From: Gaiellales bacterium
GTDB lineage: Bacteria > Actinomycetota > Thermoleophilia > Gaiellales > JAICJC01
Direction of reading: 5' to 3'
Length of the DNA stretch: 64,000 nucleotides
NCBI GenBank assembly: GCA_036273515.1
Contig: DASUHM010000044.1
Coordinates: 384 to 64,383, forward strand
Position 1 is the first letter of the stretch; each line of letters opens with the position of its first letter. Below are positions 17,854 through 27,083 of the stretch, one piece after another. Position numbers and translations under genes: made by a program. The notes beneath the pieces were generated by a model, which ran no database searches, had not been told where the DNA came from, and saw nothing but the letters and a program-made list of their open reading frames with translations.

Positions 17854-17965
17854 GCGAAGGCGGCGTTCATCGAATCTTTACAAAGTTCACACCGGTTTCG
17901 CCCTGCCTCGCTGCCCGGAGGCGATAAGACGCCATCGGCAGGGTTCAAGGACGAGAGGGGGAGTC

Positions 17966-19138
17966 ATGCGTAGACGCCACAGGGCATCGGGCTGGGCGCG
18001 GGCGACGGCGATGGTCGGCGTGCTGGCCGCGGCGTTCGCCGTCTTTCCCGGCGCGGCCTCCGCGTCGGGGTCGTCGGCGGGGCCGCCGCGGCACATCTTC
18101 TACATCATGATGGAGAACCACTGGTACGGCCAGATCATCGGCAACACGCGCGACGCGCCGTTCATCAACCGGCTGGCGGCACGGGGCAACCTGGAGACGG
18201 GCTACTACGGCGTCACCCATCCCAGCATGCCCAACTACCTCGCCGCCATCTCGGGCAGCTTCCAGGGCATCTGGGACGACTGTGCGGCCGGCGCGACGGT
18301 GACCTGTCCACCCGAGGAGTTCGTGCCCGGCTCCGGCGACGGCACCGCCGGGCATTACCTCACGCAGGCGCAGATCGCGAGCGCCTCGGCCACGCCGCAC
18401 CTGTTCCCCGCGGCGAACCTGATCGACCAGCTCGAGAGCCACCACCTGAGCTGGCGCGCGTACATGCAGTCGATCCCGTCGGTGGGGTCGCAGGTCGAGT
18501 ACGCGCCGACGATCCAGACGTCGACCGGGCCGGTGACGGTCGAGCTGTACGCGCAGAAGCATGACCCGTTCATGTACTTCCGCGACATCAACCATCCGGG
18601 CAGCGCCAGGCTGCAGCAGATCGTGCCGTTCGCGCATCGGTTCGCACACGCCCTGCGCACGGGCAACGTGCCGAACTTCGTCTGGATCAGCCCGGATCAG
18701 TGCCACGACATGCACGGCACCGATCCCGCATCGGCGGCGCTCGTCGGGTTCCCGAAGTGCGGCTATCCCAACTCGGGGCTCGACCACGGCGCGATCCAGC
18801 TGGGCGACCAGTTCCTGCGCCAGACGATCGGGATGATCACGAGCTCACACGTCTGGAAGACATCCAACTCGTCGATCATCGTCACCTGGGACGAGAACGA
18901 CTACAGCGGCTTCAAGGGCACGCCGACGAGCCCGCACGGCCGGAATGGCGTGACCCTGGGCGGCGGGCACGTCGCGCTGATCGTCCTCAACTCGCAGGGC
19001 GGCAACCATCGCACCGTCTCGACGTTCGCCAACCACTACAACCTCCTGGCGACGATCCAGCACGAGTGGCATCTCGGCTGCCTGGCGGCGACCTGCGGCA
19101 TCGGCCCGTCACAGCTCCTGACGCCCCTCTTCAACTAG
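17966..19138 (+). CDS. secreted phosphoesterase (PLC/acid-phosphatase 'Phosphoesterase' family)
   Basis: GAGAGGGGGAG lies upstream of ATG 17966. Signal peptide 'MVGVLAAAFAVFPGAASASG'. Family motifs 'HIFYIMMENHWYGQIIG' and 'THPSMPNYLAAISG'. The track fuses this gene in-frame to the upstream dioxygenase remnant by chance. Confidence 0.8.
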   Translation: MRRRHRASGWARATAMVGVLAAAFAVFPGAASASGSSAGPPRHIFYIMMENHWYGQIIGNTRDAPFINRLAARGNLETGYYGVTHPSMPNYLAAISGSFQGIWDDCAAGATVTCPPEEFVPGSGDGTAGHYLTQAQIASASATPHLFPAANLIDQLESHHLSWRAYMQSIPSVGSQVEYAPTIQTSTGPVTVELYAQKHDPFMYFRDINHPGSARLQQIVPFAHRFAHALRTGNVPNFVWISPDQCHDMHGTDPASAALVGFPKCGYPNSGLDHGAIQLGDQFLRQTIGMITSSHVWKTSNSSIIVTWDENDYSGFKGTPTSPHGRNGVTLGGGHVALIVLNSQGGNHRTVSTFANHYNLLATIQHEWHLGCLAATCGIGPSQLLTPLFN

Positions 19139-19154
19139 CGACACGCATACGGCG

Positions 19155-19191
19155 GCCGGCCGGTCCGCGAGATGTGAGCGGGCCGGCCGGC
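19155..19191 (+). terminator. GC-rich hairpin downstream of the phosphoesterase gene
   Basis: GCCGGCCGGTCCGC (19155-19168) pairs with GCGGGCCGGCCGGC (19178-19191): 14 bp with one G-U pair. There is no U-tract, which is common in high-GC actinobacteria. Confidence 0.5.
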
Positions 19192-19194
19192 TAC

Positions 19195-19400
19195 GCCCGT
19201 CGCGTGGGATGTCGTCCGGCGCATCGCCGGACAGCTCCACCCGTACGGGGCACGCCCGGCAAGGGCCTCGAGCGCAGGCACCGCTCGGACGCGCTGACCT
19301 CCTGGATCTGCGCGCGCAGCTCCGCCTCGAGCCGCTCGTTCTCGAGGGCGCGGCGACCGGTCATGATCCGAGCCGAACTCTCATGAGAGCCTCCAGCCGC
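19195..19400 (-). pseudogene. possible HisKA_3-type histidine-kinase remnant
   Basis: Minus-strand frames read 'ENERLEAELRAQIQEVSAS' (the coiled coil that usually precedes the H-box), then 'ALEALAGRAP' and 'VRVELSGDAPDDIPR' in two other frames (the kinase region preceding the N-box). No H-box or ATP-binding boxes remain. Confidence 0.35.
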
Positions 19401-19533
19401 TCGGGCGCGAGCCACCCACTTTTCGCGCTCGCTGTCCGGGCGACTCTACGCCTTCGTCGATCGCCAGTTGCTCTTGAGGACGGGGTCGGCGCGCGGGTTG
19501 CGAACAGGCACGCATGCATATAGCATGTAAGCT

Positions 19534-20061
19534 ATGCTCAGTTCCCGGGTTCTTGCTGTGCTCATCCTCCTACTCGTCTCGAGCGGGTGCGCTGCGGGCG
19601 ACCGAGCGGGCGGGCATCAGACGGTCGATCCCCACAAGCTGATCGACGTCCACGGCGCGATCGGCGGGATCCACGCCGGCGAGACGCGCACCCAGGCCGA
19701 ACGCATCCTCGGCCGCGGGACGGTGATCTCCACCACTACTCGTCACGCGAAGAGCGGCGCATACACGCTCGCCCGGGTCGCCTATCCCGCCTCCGGCCTC
19801 GTCGTCATGTACGCCCGGCCCTCGCATCGACCGCCGATCGTGTTCGGCATCTTCACCACCAGCCGCCGCTACCACACCAAGTCCGGCTTGCGTGTCGGCT
19901 CGACGCTTGCCGACGCGCGCAGGACACCCGGCATCCGTTGCTACTCGCAGGTGACCTACGTCGCCTGCCAGGGCGGGCTCGGCTACGAGAAGCCGGTCAC
20001 CAGCTTCACCGTCCGCAACGGCAAGGTCGTGCGCGTGTTCATGGCGGCCGTCGCCGACTAG
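19534..20061 (+). CDS. lipoprotein of unknown function
   Basis: Signal peptide with lipobox 'LLLVSSGC'. 175 aa. An A/T-richer promoter-like stretch lies upstream. Confidence 0.65.
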   Translation: MLSSRVLAVLILLLVSSGCAAGDRAGGHQTVDPHKLIDVHGAIGGIHAGETRTQAERILGRGTVISTTTRHAKSGAYTLARVAYPASGLVVMYARPSHRPPIVFGIFTTSRRYHTKSGLRVGSTLADARRTPGIRCYSQVTYVACQGGLGYEKPVTSFTVRNGKVVRVFMAAVAD

Positions 20062-20218
20062 CGTCGTCGCACGCGGGCGAAAGATCCACCCGCCCATCGC
20101 CGTCTGGGAGAATGGGAGATGGACATGTCGAAAGCTCGGCGATGTCCATCGCGCAGGTATCGACGGCGTCGTGCGCCGTTCTGTCACGCCGGGCGCTGGC
20201 AATCGACGGGAGGCGACC

Positions 20219-20953
20219 ATGAAGCGCACGCTCATTCTCACAACGCCGATGATGACCGGCGACGACGTGGTGTTCGCCCAGCGCCTGCTGAAACGGCACG
20301 GCGACTACGACGGCGACCTGGACGGCGAGTTCGGCATCCTGTCCTCGCAGGCCTGCAAGGACGCCCAGTCGCGGCTCGGCTATGCGCGGCCGAAGCGAAC
20401 ATTCGCCACGCCGCTCGAGAAGTTCCTGAGCGGGAAGGCGGAGCCGACCGCCGCGATGAAGAAGCGGGGCATCCAGTGGGAGAAGCAGGAGGCGAACGGG
20501 AGCAATCTCCGGCGGAAGGCGGTGGCGGAGATGAAGAAGCTCATCGGGACCACGGAAGACCCGCCGGGATCGAACCACACGTCCGTCGGCGCGTTCTACG
20601 GCGTCCAGGGCGCGTGGTGCGCGATGACGGTGACGATGGCCTACGTGAAGGCCGGCTCGACCGGGTTTGCCCGGGGCGCGCGCTGGTCGTTCGTCCCCGA
20701 CATCGTGGCGGCGGCCCGCGGCGGCCAGTTCGGCCTGTCCGTGACCGCCGATCCGCGGCCCGGCGACCTCGTCTGCTACGACCTCGACGGCTCGAACTTC
20801 GCGACCGACAAGAACCACATCGGAATGTACCTCGAGCGCACCGGGACGAGGACGTTTCGGACGATCGAAGGGAACGTCGAGGACACCTGCAAGCAGATGG
20901 ACCAGAGCATGAGCGCCGCTCCCAGGATCGTGTTCGTGCGCCCCAGCAAGTGA
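20219..20953 (+). CDS. peptidoglycan-binding domain + CHAP-domain amidase/peptidase (no signal peptide)
   Basis: GGGAGG lies 5 nt upstream of ATG 20219. PG_binding_1-like 'GDDVVFAQRLLKRHGDYDGDLDGEFG'. CHAP catalytic Cys 'GAWCAMTVTMAY', His 'KNHIGMYL' and 'IEGN'. Confidence 0.8.
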   Translation: MKRTLILTTPMMTGDDVVFAQRLLKRHGDYDGDLDGEFGILSSQACKDAQSRLGYARPKRTFATPLEKFLSGKAEPTAAMKKRGIQWEKQEANGSNLRRKAVAEMKKLIGTTEDPPGSNHTSVGAFYGVQGAWCAMTVTMAYVKAGSTGFARGARWSFVPDIVAAARGGQFGLSVTADPRPGDLVCYDLDGSNFATDKNHIGMYLERTGTRTFRTIEGNVEDTCKQMDQSMSAAPRIVFVRPSK

Positions 20954-21050
20954 TCGCACCGCACGCGCCTCAAATCTCCCGCCAATCATCCAGGTTGACA
21001 GTTTCTCAAAGCGGCTTGGTGACGACTGACATGTTCGCGGGGGGTCGCGC

Positions 21051-23477
21051 ATGCGGCTACGAAACTTGCTTGGCTCGAACCGGCGCCTGATCGTCGCCGG
21101 AGCGACGTTGCTCGCGATCGCGCTGATCGGTGAGATCGGTGTGGCGAGCGGGGCCGGGAACCTCCTGCCGAACGGGACGTTCGAGGGCACCGGCTCGGGC
21201 TCGCTGTCCGGCTGGGTGGGCACGAAGGCGTCGCTCGCCCTGGCCACCGACGGCGTCGGCGGAGGCCATGCGGCGAAGGTGGCGTTCACGAGCGGCGCCA
21301 CCACCTACTCCATCAACGCCTCCCCGAAGCCGGTTGCATCGACGACGGCCGGCACGAAATACGTCGCCGACGGCATGTTTCGGAGCGCCACGCCCGGCCA
21401 GACGATCTGCTTCCGTCTGAAGGAGACGAACTCCTCGAACGTCGGCAAGGGCCAGGGCCTTCAGTGCGCCGTCGCGACGACCATGTGGCAGGCTTTCCCG
21501 GAGGTCGACTACACGTCCGTCGCCACCGGCGACTCGATCGCCGTGCGGATCTACCAGCAGGCGAACGCGGCCTCCGGCCAGAGCTTCGAGGTCGACAATC
21601 TGAGCCTCATCGCCGGATCGGCGGACACCACGCCGCCGACCGTCCCGACAGGAGTGGCGGCGACCGCCAACGGGCCGACCGAGATCGACCTCACCTGGTC
21701 GCCTTCGAGCGATCCCGGCGGCGGCGTGGCCGGATACACCGTCTACCGCAACGGAACGGCCGTCGGGACGTCCACCACCACGTCGTTCGCCGATACCGGG
21801 TTGACCGCGAGCACCACGTACTCGTACACCGTGGACGCGGTCGACACGTCGAACAACCGCTCGGCGCCGAGCAGCCCGCCCGTGACGGCGACGACGGATC
21901 CGGACACGACGGTGCCGACCGCACCGGCGACACTCACGGCGACGGCTGTCAGCGCGGGGCGGATCGATCTGGCATGGTCGGCGTCGACCGATCCCGACGG
22001 CGTCAGCGGGTACCGCATCTTCCGCGACGGGGCCGAGATCGCCGAGGTCACCACGGGCCTTGGCTATTCCGACACGAGCGTGGTGCCGTCGACGGCCTAC
22101 AGCTACACCGTGCGGGCGTTCGACTCGGTCAACGAGTCGCCCGACTCGCCCGTCGCCACGGCCACGACGCCGGCCGACACGGGCAGTCCGATCAAGCACG
22201 TCGTCGTCATCTACCAGGAGAACAACTCGTTCGACGAGGTGCTCGGATACACGTGCGCGGTCACCCTGGCCGGCCGCTGCGACGGCGCCACCACCGGCAA
22301 GGTGTCGAACGGCTCGACAATCCCGCTCGCCCAGCCGCCCGACATCGTGCCCACGGTCAATCACAGCCCGGGATCGATCACCAACGGGATCGACGGCGGC
22401 AAGATGGACGGCTTCGACAAGAACTCGGGGTGCGCCGCGCCGACCTATGCGTGCTACGTCAGCTACCGGCCGAGCCAGATCCCGAACCTGTCCATGTACG
22501 CGCAGCAGTACGTGGTGGCCGATCGCACGTTCGAGTCCAAGGTCTCGGCGAGCTGGGGCTCGCACCTCGACCTGGTCTCGTCCACGCTGGACGGATTCCA
22601 GGGCGTCAACCCGTCCCACGCCGCGTTCGCGACCAAGGGCTGGGGCTGCGATTCGGGCGCCACGGCTCCCTGGAAGAACCCCCAGACCGGCGGGACGGCG
22701 TCCAGCCAGCCGACCTGCATCCCGGATTTCGCGCTCAACCCCACCCAGTTCCCGCACGGCGGCGCGTTCGAGGCGACGTCCGTCGCCCACGTGCCGACGA
22801 TCATGGACGAGATGGACGCGGCCGGCGTCACGTGGCACATCTACGCGCCGACGAGCAGCCAGCAGTTCTACGGATGGGCGATCTGCCCCAGCTTCGCCGA
22901 CTGCCTGTACACCAATCAGGAGCAGTCCACGTCGCAGCCGAGCCAGGTGCTGACCGACGCCGCCAACGGAACGCTTCCCAGCGTCTCGTATGTGGTCGCC
23001 CTGGACAACCAGTCTCAGCACAACTCGAATTCGATGCTCGCCGGCGACAACTGGATCGGGTCGGTCGTGAACGCCGTGATGAACGGTCCGGACTGGCGCT
23101 CGACTGCGATCTTCATCACCTACGACGACTGTGGCTGCTTCTACGACCACGTCGCGCCGCCGGCGGGCGCGGGTGTGCGCGAGCCGATGGTGATCGTCAG
23201 CCCATGCGCCAAGCCGGCCCACACCGACCACAACACGGCCTTTGCGGGAGAGTCGACGCTGGCCTTCATCGAGCACACGTTCAACCTGCCCTCGCTCGTC
23301 TCGGGCGGCGACGGCGCGGCGTACGACTTCGGAGGGAGCTTCGACTTCAGCCAGCCCGGCTGCGGGGGAGCCGGCACGGCGTCCCCCACGGTGAGCCGGG
23401 CCACGATGCACCCGATATCTGCCGCGGAGAAGGCCTACATCAAGGCGCACCCCGACAACCCGAACGACCCGACGTAG
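21051..23477 (+). CDS. secreted CBM-like + 2x fibronectin type III + phosphoesterase (PLC/AcpA family) multidomain protein
   Basis: N-terminal TM/signal segment. CBM4/9-like 'LLPNGTFEG...GW...EVDNLSL'. Two FN3 modules ('PPTVPTGVAATANGPTEIDLTWSPSSD', 'VPTAPATLTATAVSAGRIDLAWSASTD'). Phosphoesterase domain 'IKHVVVIYQENNSFDEVLG...ITYDDCGCFYDHV'. Confidence 0.85.
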   Translation: MRLRNLLGSNRRLIVAGATLLAIALIGEIGVASGAGNLLPNGTFEGTGSGSLSGWVGTKASLALATDGVGGGHAAKVAFTSGATTYSINASPKPVASTTAGTKYVADGMFRSATPGQTICFRLKETNSSNVGKGQGLQCAVATTMWQAFPEVDYTSVATGDSIAVRIYQQANAASGQSFEVDNLSLIAGSADTTPPTVPTGVAATANGPTEIDLTWSPSSDPGGGVAGYTVYRNGTAVGTSTTTSFADTGLTASTTYSYTVDAVDTSNNRSAPSSPPVTATTDPDTTVPTAPATLTATAVSAGRIDLAWSASTDPDGVSGYRIFRDGAEIAEVTTGLGYSDTSVVPSTAYSYTVRAFDSVNESPDSPVATATTPADTGSPIKHVVVIYQENNSFDEVLGYTCAVTLAGRCDGATTGKVSNGSTIPLAQPPDIVPTVNHSPGSITNGIDGGKMDGFDKNSGCAAPTYACYVSYRPSQIPNLSMYAQQYVVADRTFESKVSASWGSHLDLVSSTLDGFQGVNPSHAAFATKGWGCDSGATAPWKNPQTGGTASSQPTCIPDFALNPTQFPHGGAFEATSVAHVPTIMDEMDAAGVTWHIYAPTSSQQFYGWAICPSFADCLYTNQEQSTSQPSQVLTDAANGTLPSVSYVVALDNQSQHNSNSMLAGDNWIGSVVNAVMNGPDWRSTAIFITYDDCGCFYDHVAPPAGAGVREPMVIVSPCAKPAHTDHNTAFAGESTLAFIEHTFNLPSLVSGGDGAAYDFGGSFDFSQPGCGGAGTASPTVSRATMHPISAAEKAYIKAHPDNPNDPT

Positions 23478-23481
23478 CGGC

Positions 23482-24429
23482 TCAGGACGGAGGCTCGCTC
23501 GCGAGCGACTCCTCGGCGCGATGGCAGGCGGTCAGCCGGCCGTCGACCTCGCGCAGGACGGGCTCCTCCTGGCGGCAGCGGTCGATCGCCAGCGGGCAGC
23601 GGGGATGGAACCGGCAGCCGGCGGGCGGGTCGGCCGGATCGGGCGGGTCGGCCCGTTTCGTCTGCGGGCGGGGCAGCGTCTCGGAGAGCTCGGGCACCGC
23701 GGCCCGGAGCGCGCGGGTGTAGGGGTGCACCGGGCGGGTCAGCACCTTCGACGTCTCGCCGTGCTCGACCACCTTGCCGAGGTAGAGCACCGCAACCTGC
23801 TCGCAGAGCTGCTCGACGACCGCCAGGTTGTGCGAGATCAGGAGGTACGCCAGCGAGCGCTCCTCGCGCAGCCGCGAGATCAGCCCCAGGACGCGCGCCT
23901 GCACGGTCACGTCAAGCGCGCTCGTTGGCTCGTCGAGCACCAGCAGGCGCGGCTCGACCGCGAGCGCGCGGGCGATGGCCACACGCTGGCGCTGACCACC
24001 GGAGAGCTGATGGGGGAAGCGGTCGGCATGGTCTGCCTGCAGGCCGACCGAGGTGAGGAGCTCGCCGACGCGAATCGCGAGATGGGCGCGGTCGACGATC
24101 GCGTGCGCCCGCAAGGCCTCGGTGATGGCGGCGCCGACGCGCATCCGGGGATCGAGCGTCGAATCCGGATCCTGGAAGACGATCTGCACGCTCTTGCGAT
24201 ATGCCTTGAGCGCCGCCCGCCGGGCTCGGAACGCATCGACGCCGTCGACCGTGACCTCGCCCGCGCTGGGGGCGGTGAGGCGGACGACGGCGCGGCCGAT
24301 GGTCGTCTTGCCGGAGCCGCTCTCGCCGACCAGGCCGAGGCCGGCCGGTCCCGGCGGCACGCTCAGCGACACGCCGTCGACCGCGACGACGGGGCCGTAC
24401 CGCACGACCAGGTCGCGCACCTCAAGCAC
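23482..24429 (-). CDS. ABC transporter ATP-binding protein (OppF/DppF-like)
   Basis: Walker A 'GESGSGKTT', signature 'LSGGQRQRVAIARAL', Walker B 'LLVLDEPTS', and a C-terminal oligopeptide-type extension with Cys residues. Confidence 0.9.
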   Translation of the reverse strand: MLEVRDLVVRYGPVVAVDGVSLSVPPGPAGLGLVGESGSGKTTIGRAVVRLTAPSAGEVTVDGVDAFRARRAALKAYRKSVQIVFQDPDSTLDPRMRVGAAITEALRAHAIVDRAHLAIRVGELLTSVGLQADHADRFPHQLSGGQRQRVAIARALAVEPRLLVLDEPTSALDVTVQARVLGLISRLREERSLAYLLISHNLAVVEQLCEQVAVLYLGKVVEHGETSKVLTRPVHPYTRALRAAVPELSETLPRPQTKRADPPDPADPPAGCRFHPRCPLAIDRCRQEEPVLREVDGRLTACHRAEESLASEPPS

Positions 24430-25201
24430 CCGGCGGCTCCGGGCGGTTCAGGCGCGGCACCGCGGCCAGCAGCTCGCGCGTGTACGGATGCTCGGGGTGG
24501 CGCAGCGTCCGCCCGACGGGGCCGCGCTCGACGACCTGGCCGTCGTGCATGATCGCGACCGTGTCGCAGATCCCCGACACGACCGCCAGGTCGTGGCTGA
24601 TGAAGAGGGCGGCCAGCGACTCCTCGGAGCGCAGCTTCTGGAGCACCTCCAGGATCTCGGCCTGCACGGTGACGTCGAGCGCGCTGGTCGGCTCGTCGGC
24701 GATCAGCACCTCCGCCCGCAGCGCAACGGCAAGGGCGATCGCGACCCGCTGTGCCTGGCCGCCCGAGAGCTCGTGCGGGTAGCGGCGTAGGAGATCCGGC
24801 GAGAGCGCCACCGATCGCATCGCCGTGGCGGCCCGCTCGCGCGCCTGCGGCTTCGACGCGCCGTGCAGGCGCAGGGCGCGCAGGAACATGTCGCCCACCC
24901 GGAACACCGGGTTGAGCGACGAGATCGGGGCCTGGAAGATCATCGCGATCCGGCGCCCGCGGATGTCGCGCAGCTCGTGGTCGGAGAGCCCCAGGAGCTC
25001 CCGCCCCTCGAGCTTCACCGATCCCTCGACCCTCGCGCCCATGCCCGGCGCCAGCCCGGCGATCGCGTAGGCGGTCATCGACTTGCCGGAGCCGGTCTCG
25101 CCGACGATCCCGAGCATCTGGCCGCGGTCGAGGTCGAGCGCGTCGACGGCGACGACCTGGCGCTCGCCGAACCACACGCCCAGGTTGCGCACCTCGAGCA
25201 T
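24422..25201 (-). CDS. ABC transporter ATP-binding protein (OppD/DppD-like)
   Basis: Start ATG 25201 ('[11 protein letters not shown]') shares 1 nt with the upstream TGA. Walker A 'GETGSGKSM' and signature '[12 protein letters not shown]'. The track's longer N-terminus is an off-gene extension. Confidence 0.85.
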   Translation of the reverse strand: MLEVRNLGVWFGERQVVAVDALDLDRGQMLGIVGETGSGKSMTAYAIAGLAPGMGARVEGSVKLEGRELLGLSDHELRDIRGRRIAMIFQAPISSLNPVFRVGDMFLRALRLHGASKPQARERAATAMRSVALSPDLLRRYPHELSGGQAQRVAIALAVALRAEVLIADEPTSALDVTVQAEILEVLQKLRSEESLAALFISHDLAVVSGICDTVAIMHDGQVVERGPVGRTLRHPEHPYTRELLAAVPRLNRPEPPGA

Positions 25202-26070
25202 CACCGGCTGATCACCCGCCTGGGATCGAGCAGCTCGCGGACGCCGTCGCCGATCAGGTTGAAGGCGATCGCCGTGAACAGGATCGCCAGGCCGGCGAAC
25301 GTCACGAACCACCACTGCGTGGAGAAGTACTGGGCTCCCTGGCTCACGATCAGCCCCCACTCGGGAGTCGGATCCTGAGCCCCTAGCCCGAGGAACGAGA
25401 TGGACGCCGCCGTGAGCAGGATCCCGCCCGCGTCCATCGACATCTGCACCAGCACCGGGGTGATCGAGTTTGGCAGGACGTGCCGCAGCAGGATCCGCAC
25501 GGGCGAGACGCCCAGCGTGCGGCAGCTCTCGATGTAGGGCCGGGTGGCCACCGACGCGGCCTCGCCGCGCACGAGCCGCGTGTACCACGGCCACCAGGTC
25601 ACGGCGATCGCGATCGTCATGTTCGTGACGGAGGGCGTGAGCACGAAGGCGATGGCGAGCGAGAGCAGCAGGGCCGGGAACGCCAGGAACACGTCGGTGA
25701 TGCGCATGATCACCTGATCGACGTGGCCGCCGAAGTACCCGGCCGCGAGGCCGAGCGGGATGCCCACGAGGCCCGCGATCAGGAGCACCTCGACGACGAT
25801 CCGAAGCGAGATCCGGGCGCCGTACATGACGCGCGTGAGCAGGTCGCGGCCGACCAGGTCGGTGCCGAACGGATGCGCCGACGACGGCGCCTTGAGCACC
25901 TGGAAGGGGTGCGTCGCCGTGCCGGCGTCGGCCGGGTCGGGCGCCAGCCAGGGCGCGAGCAGCGCCGCCAGCACGATCAGCCCGAGCAGCACGACGCCCG
26001 CCACCAGCGTCGGATTGCGGCGGGCGAACCCGCGGCTGGGGACGATGCGGCCGATGGCGACGGCGGTCAC
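25201..26070 (-). CDS. ABC transporter permease (DppC/OppC-like)
   Basis: GTG 26070 overlaps the upstream stop (GTGA). 6 TM segments, with the C-terminal 'FNLIGDGVRELLDPR' typical of this family. Confidence 0.85.
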   Translation of the reverse strand: MTAVAIGRIVPSRGFARRNPTLVAGVVLLGLIVLAALLAPWLAPDPADAGTATHPFQVLKAPSSAHPFGTDLVGRDLLTRVMYGARISLRIVVEVLLIAGLVGIPLGLAAGYFGGHVDQVIMRITDVFLAFPALLLSLAIAFVLTPSVTNMTIAIAVTWWPWYTRLVRGEAASVATRPYIESCRTLGVSPVRILLRHVLPNSITPVLVQMSMDAGGILLTAASISFLGLGAQDPTPEWGLIVSQGAQYFSTQWWFVTFAGLAILFTAIAFNLIGDGVRELLDPRRVISR

Positions 26071-27083
26071 CGCAGCCGGATCCTCGGGTCGATGGCGGCC
26101 TGGGCGATGTCGACCAGCAGGTTGAGGACGACGTAGACGATCGCGACGATCAGGGTCACGCCGACGATGGCCGGCGTGTCGAGCGCCTGCAGCGAGTTGG
26201 CGGCGTAGCTGCCGAGCCCCGGCCAGTCGAACACCGCCTCGACCAGGAACGTGTTGGCGAGCGAGTACGCGAACACGAGCGCGGTCACCTGCACCACGGG
26301 ATTCATGGCCGGGCGCAGCGCCCACCGGCCGAAGATGGCGCGGTCGCCGAAGCCGAGCGACCGCGTCATCCGGATGTGGCTCTCGCCAAGCGTGTCGAGG
26401 ACCGACGCCCGCACCATCCGGGCCAGCAGCCCCGCCGGATACAGGGCGACCACCGCCGCCGGCAGGATGAGATGCGAGAGCGAGCTCTCGAGCACCGGCA
26501 GGTTGCCGGTTACCAGTGCGTCCACCGTCGGCATCTGCACGTAGCTCGTGAGCGGGCTCGTGTAGTAGAGGTTCGGGTCGTACGTCCCCGCCGCCGGCAG
26601 CCAGCCGAGCCGCTGGGCGAACACCAGCTGCAGGATCAGCGCCGCCCAGAACACCGGCATCGAGACGCCGATGACCGACACGACCCGGACGAGGAAGTCA
26701 GGCAGCTCCCCGTGGAAGCGCGCCGAGACGAGCCCCAGCGGCAGCCCGAGGAGGAGCGCGAGCAGCAGCCCCGCGGTCACCAGCTCGATCGAGGCGGGCA
26801 GCGCCGTCCGCAGGTCGGACAGCACCGGCCGCTTCGTGCGGTACGAGGTGCCCCAGTCGCCGGTCGCGATGCCCTTCAGGTAGTCGCCGAGCTGGACGAC
26901 CACCGGCTTGTCCAGCCCGAGCTGTTGCCGGGTGTGCTCGAGCTGGGACTTCGACGCTCGCGGCCCGGCATACGTCACGGCCGGATCGCCCGGGATGACC
27001 CGGGCGATCAGGAACGTGAGCACTACGACGCCGACAACGACGAGCACGCCAAGCGCAAGCCGTTCTCCGGCGTATCGGATCAT
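26067..27083 (-). CDS. ABC transporter permease (DppB/OppB-like)
   Basis: 'MIRYAGERLALGVLVVVGVVVLTFLIARVIPGDP' is the typical DppB N-terminus. ATGA overlap with the SBP stop. Confidence 0.9.
   Translation of the reverse strand: MIRYAGERLALGVLVVVGVVVLTFLIARVIPGDPAVTYAGPRASKSQLEHTRQQLGLDKPVVVQLGDYLKGIATGDWGTSYRTKRPVLSDLRTALPASIELVTAGLLLALLLGLPLGLVSARFHGELPDFLVRVVSVIGVSMPVFWAALILQLVFAQRLGWLPAAGTYDPNLYYTSPLTSYVQMPTVDALVTGNLPVLESSLSHLILPAAVVALYPAGLLARMVRASVLDTLGESHIRMTRSLGFGDRAIFGRWALRPAMNPVVQVTALVFAYSLANTFLVEAVFDWPGLGSYAANSLQALDTPAIVGVTLIVAIVYVVLNLLVDIAQAAIDPRIRLR

Noticed and set aside
17390-19138. 582-aa ORF as a single protein
   Set aside because: It is a chance in-frame fusion of a dioxygenase relic with a phosphoesterase gene. 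The phosphoesterase has its own RBS, ATG (17966) and signal peptide.
19430-21050. Prophage or genomic island around the CHAP gene
   Set aside because: Only qualitative A/T enrichment is visible. There is no integrase, no tRNA, no attachment repeats and no phage structural genes. A composition calculation and genome context would be needed.
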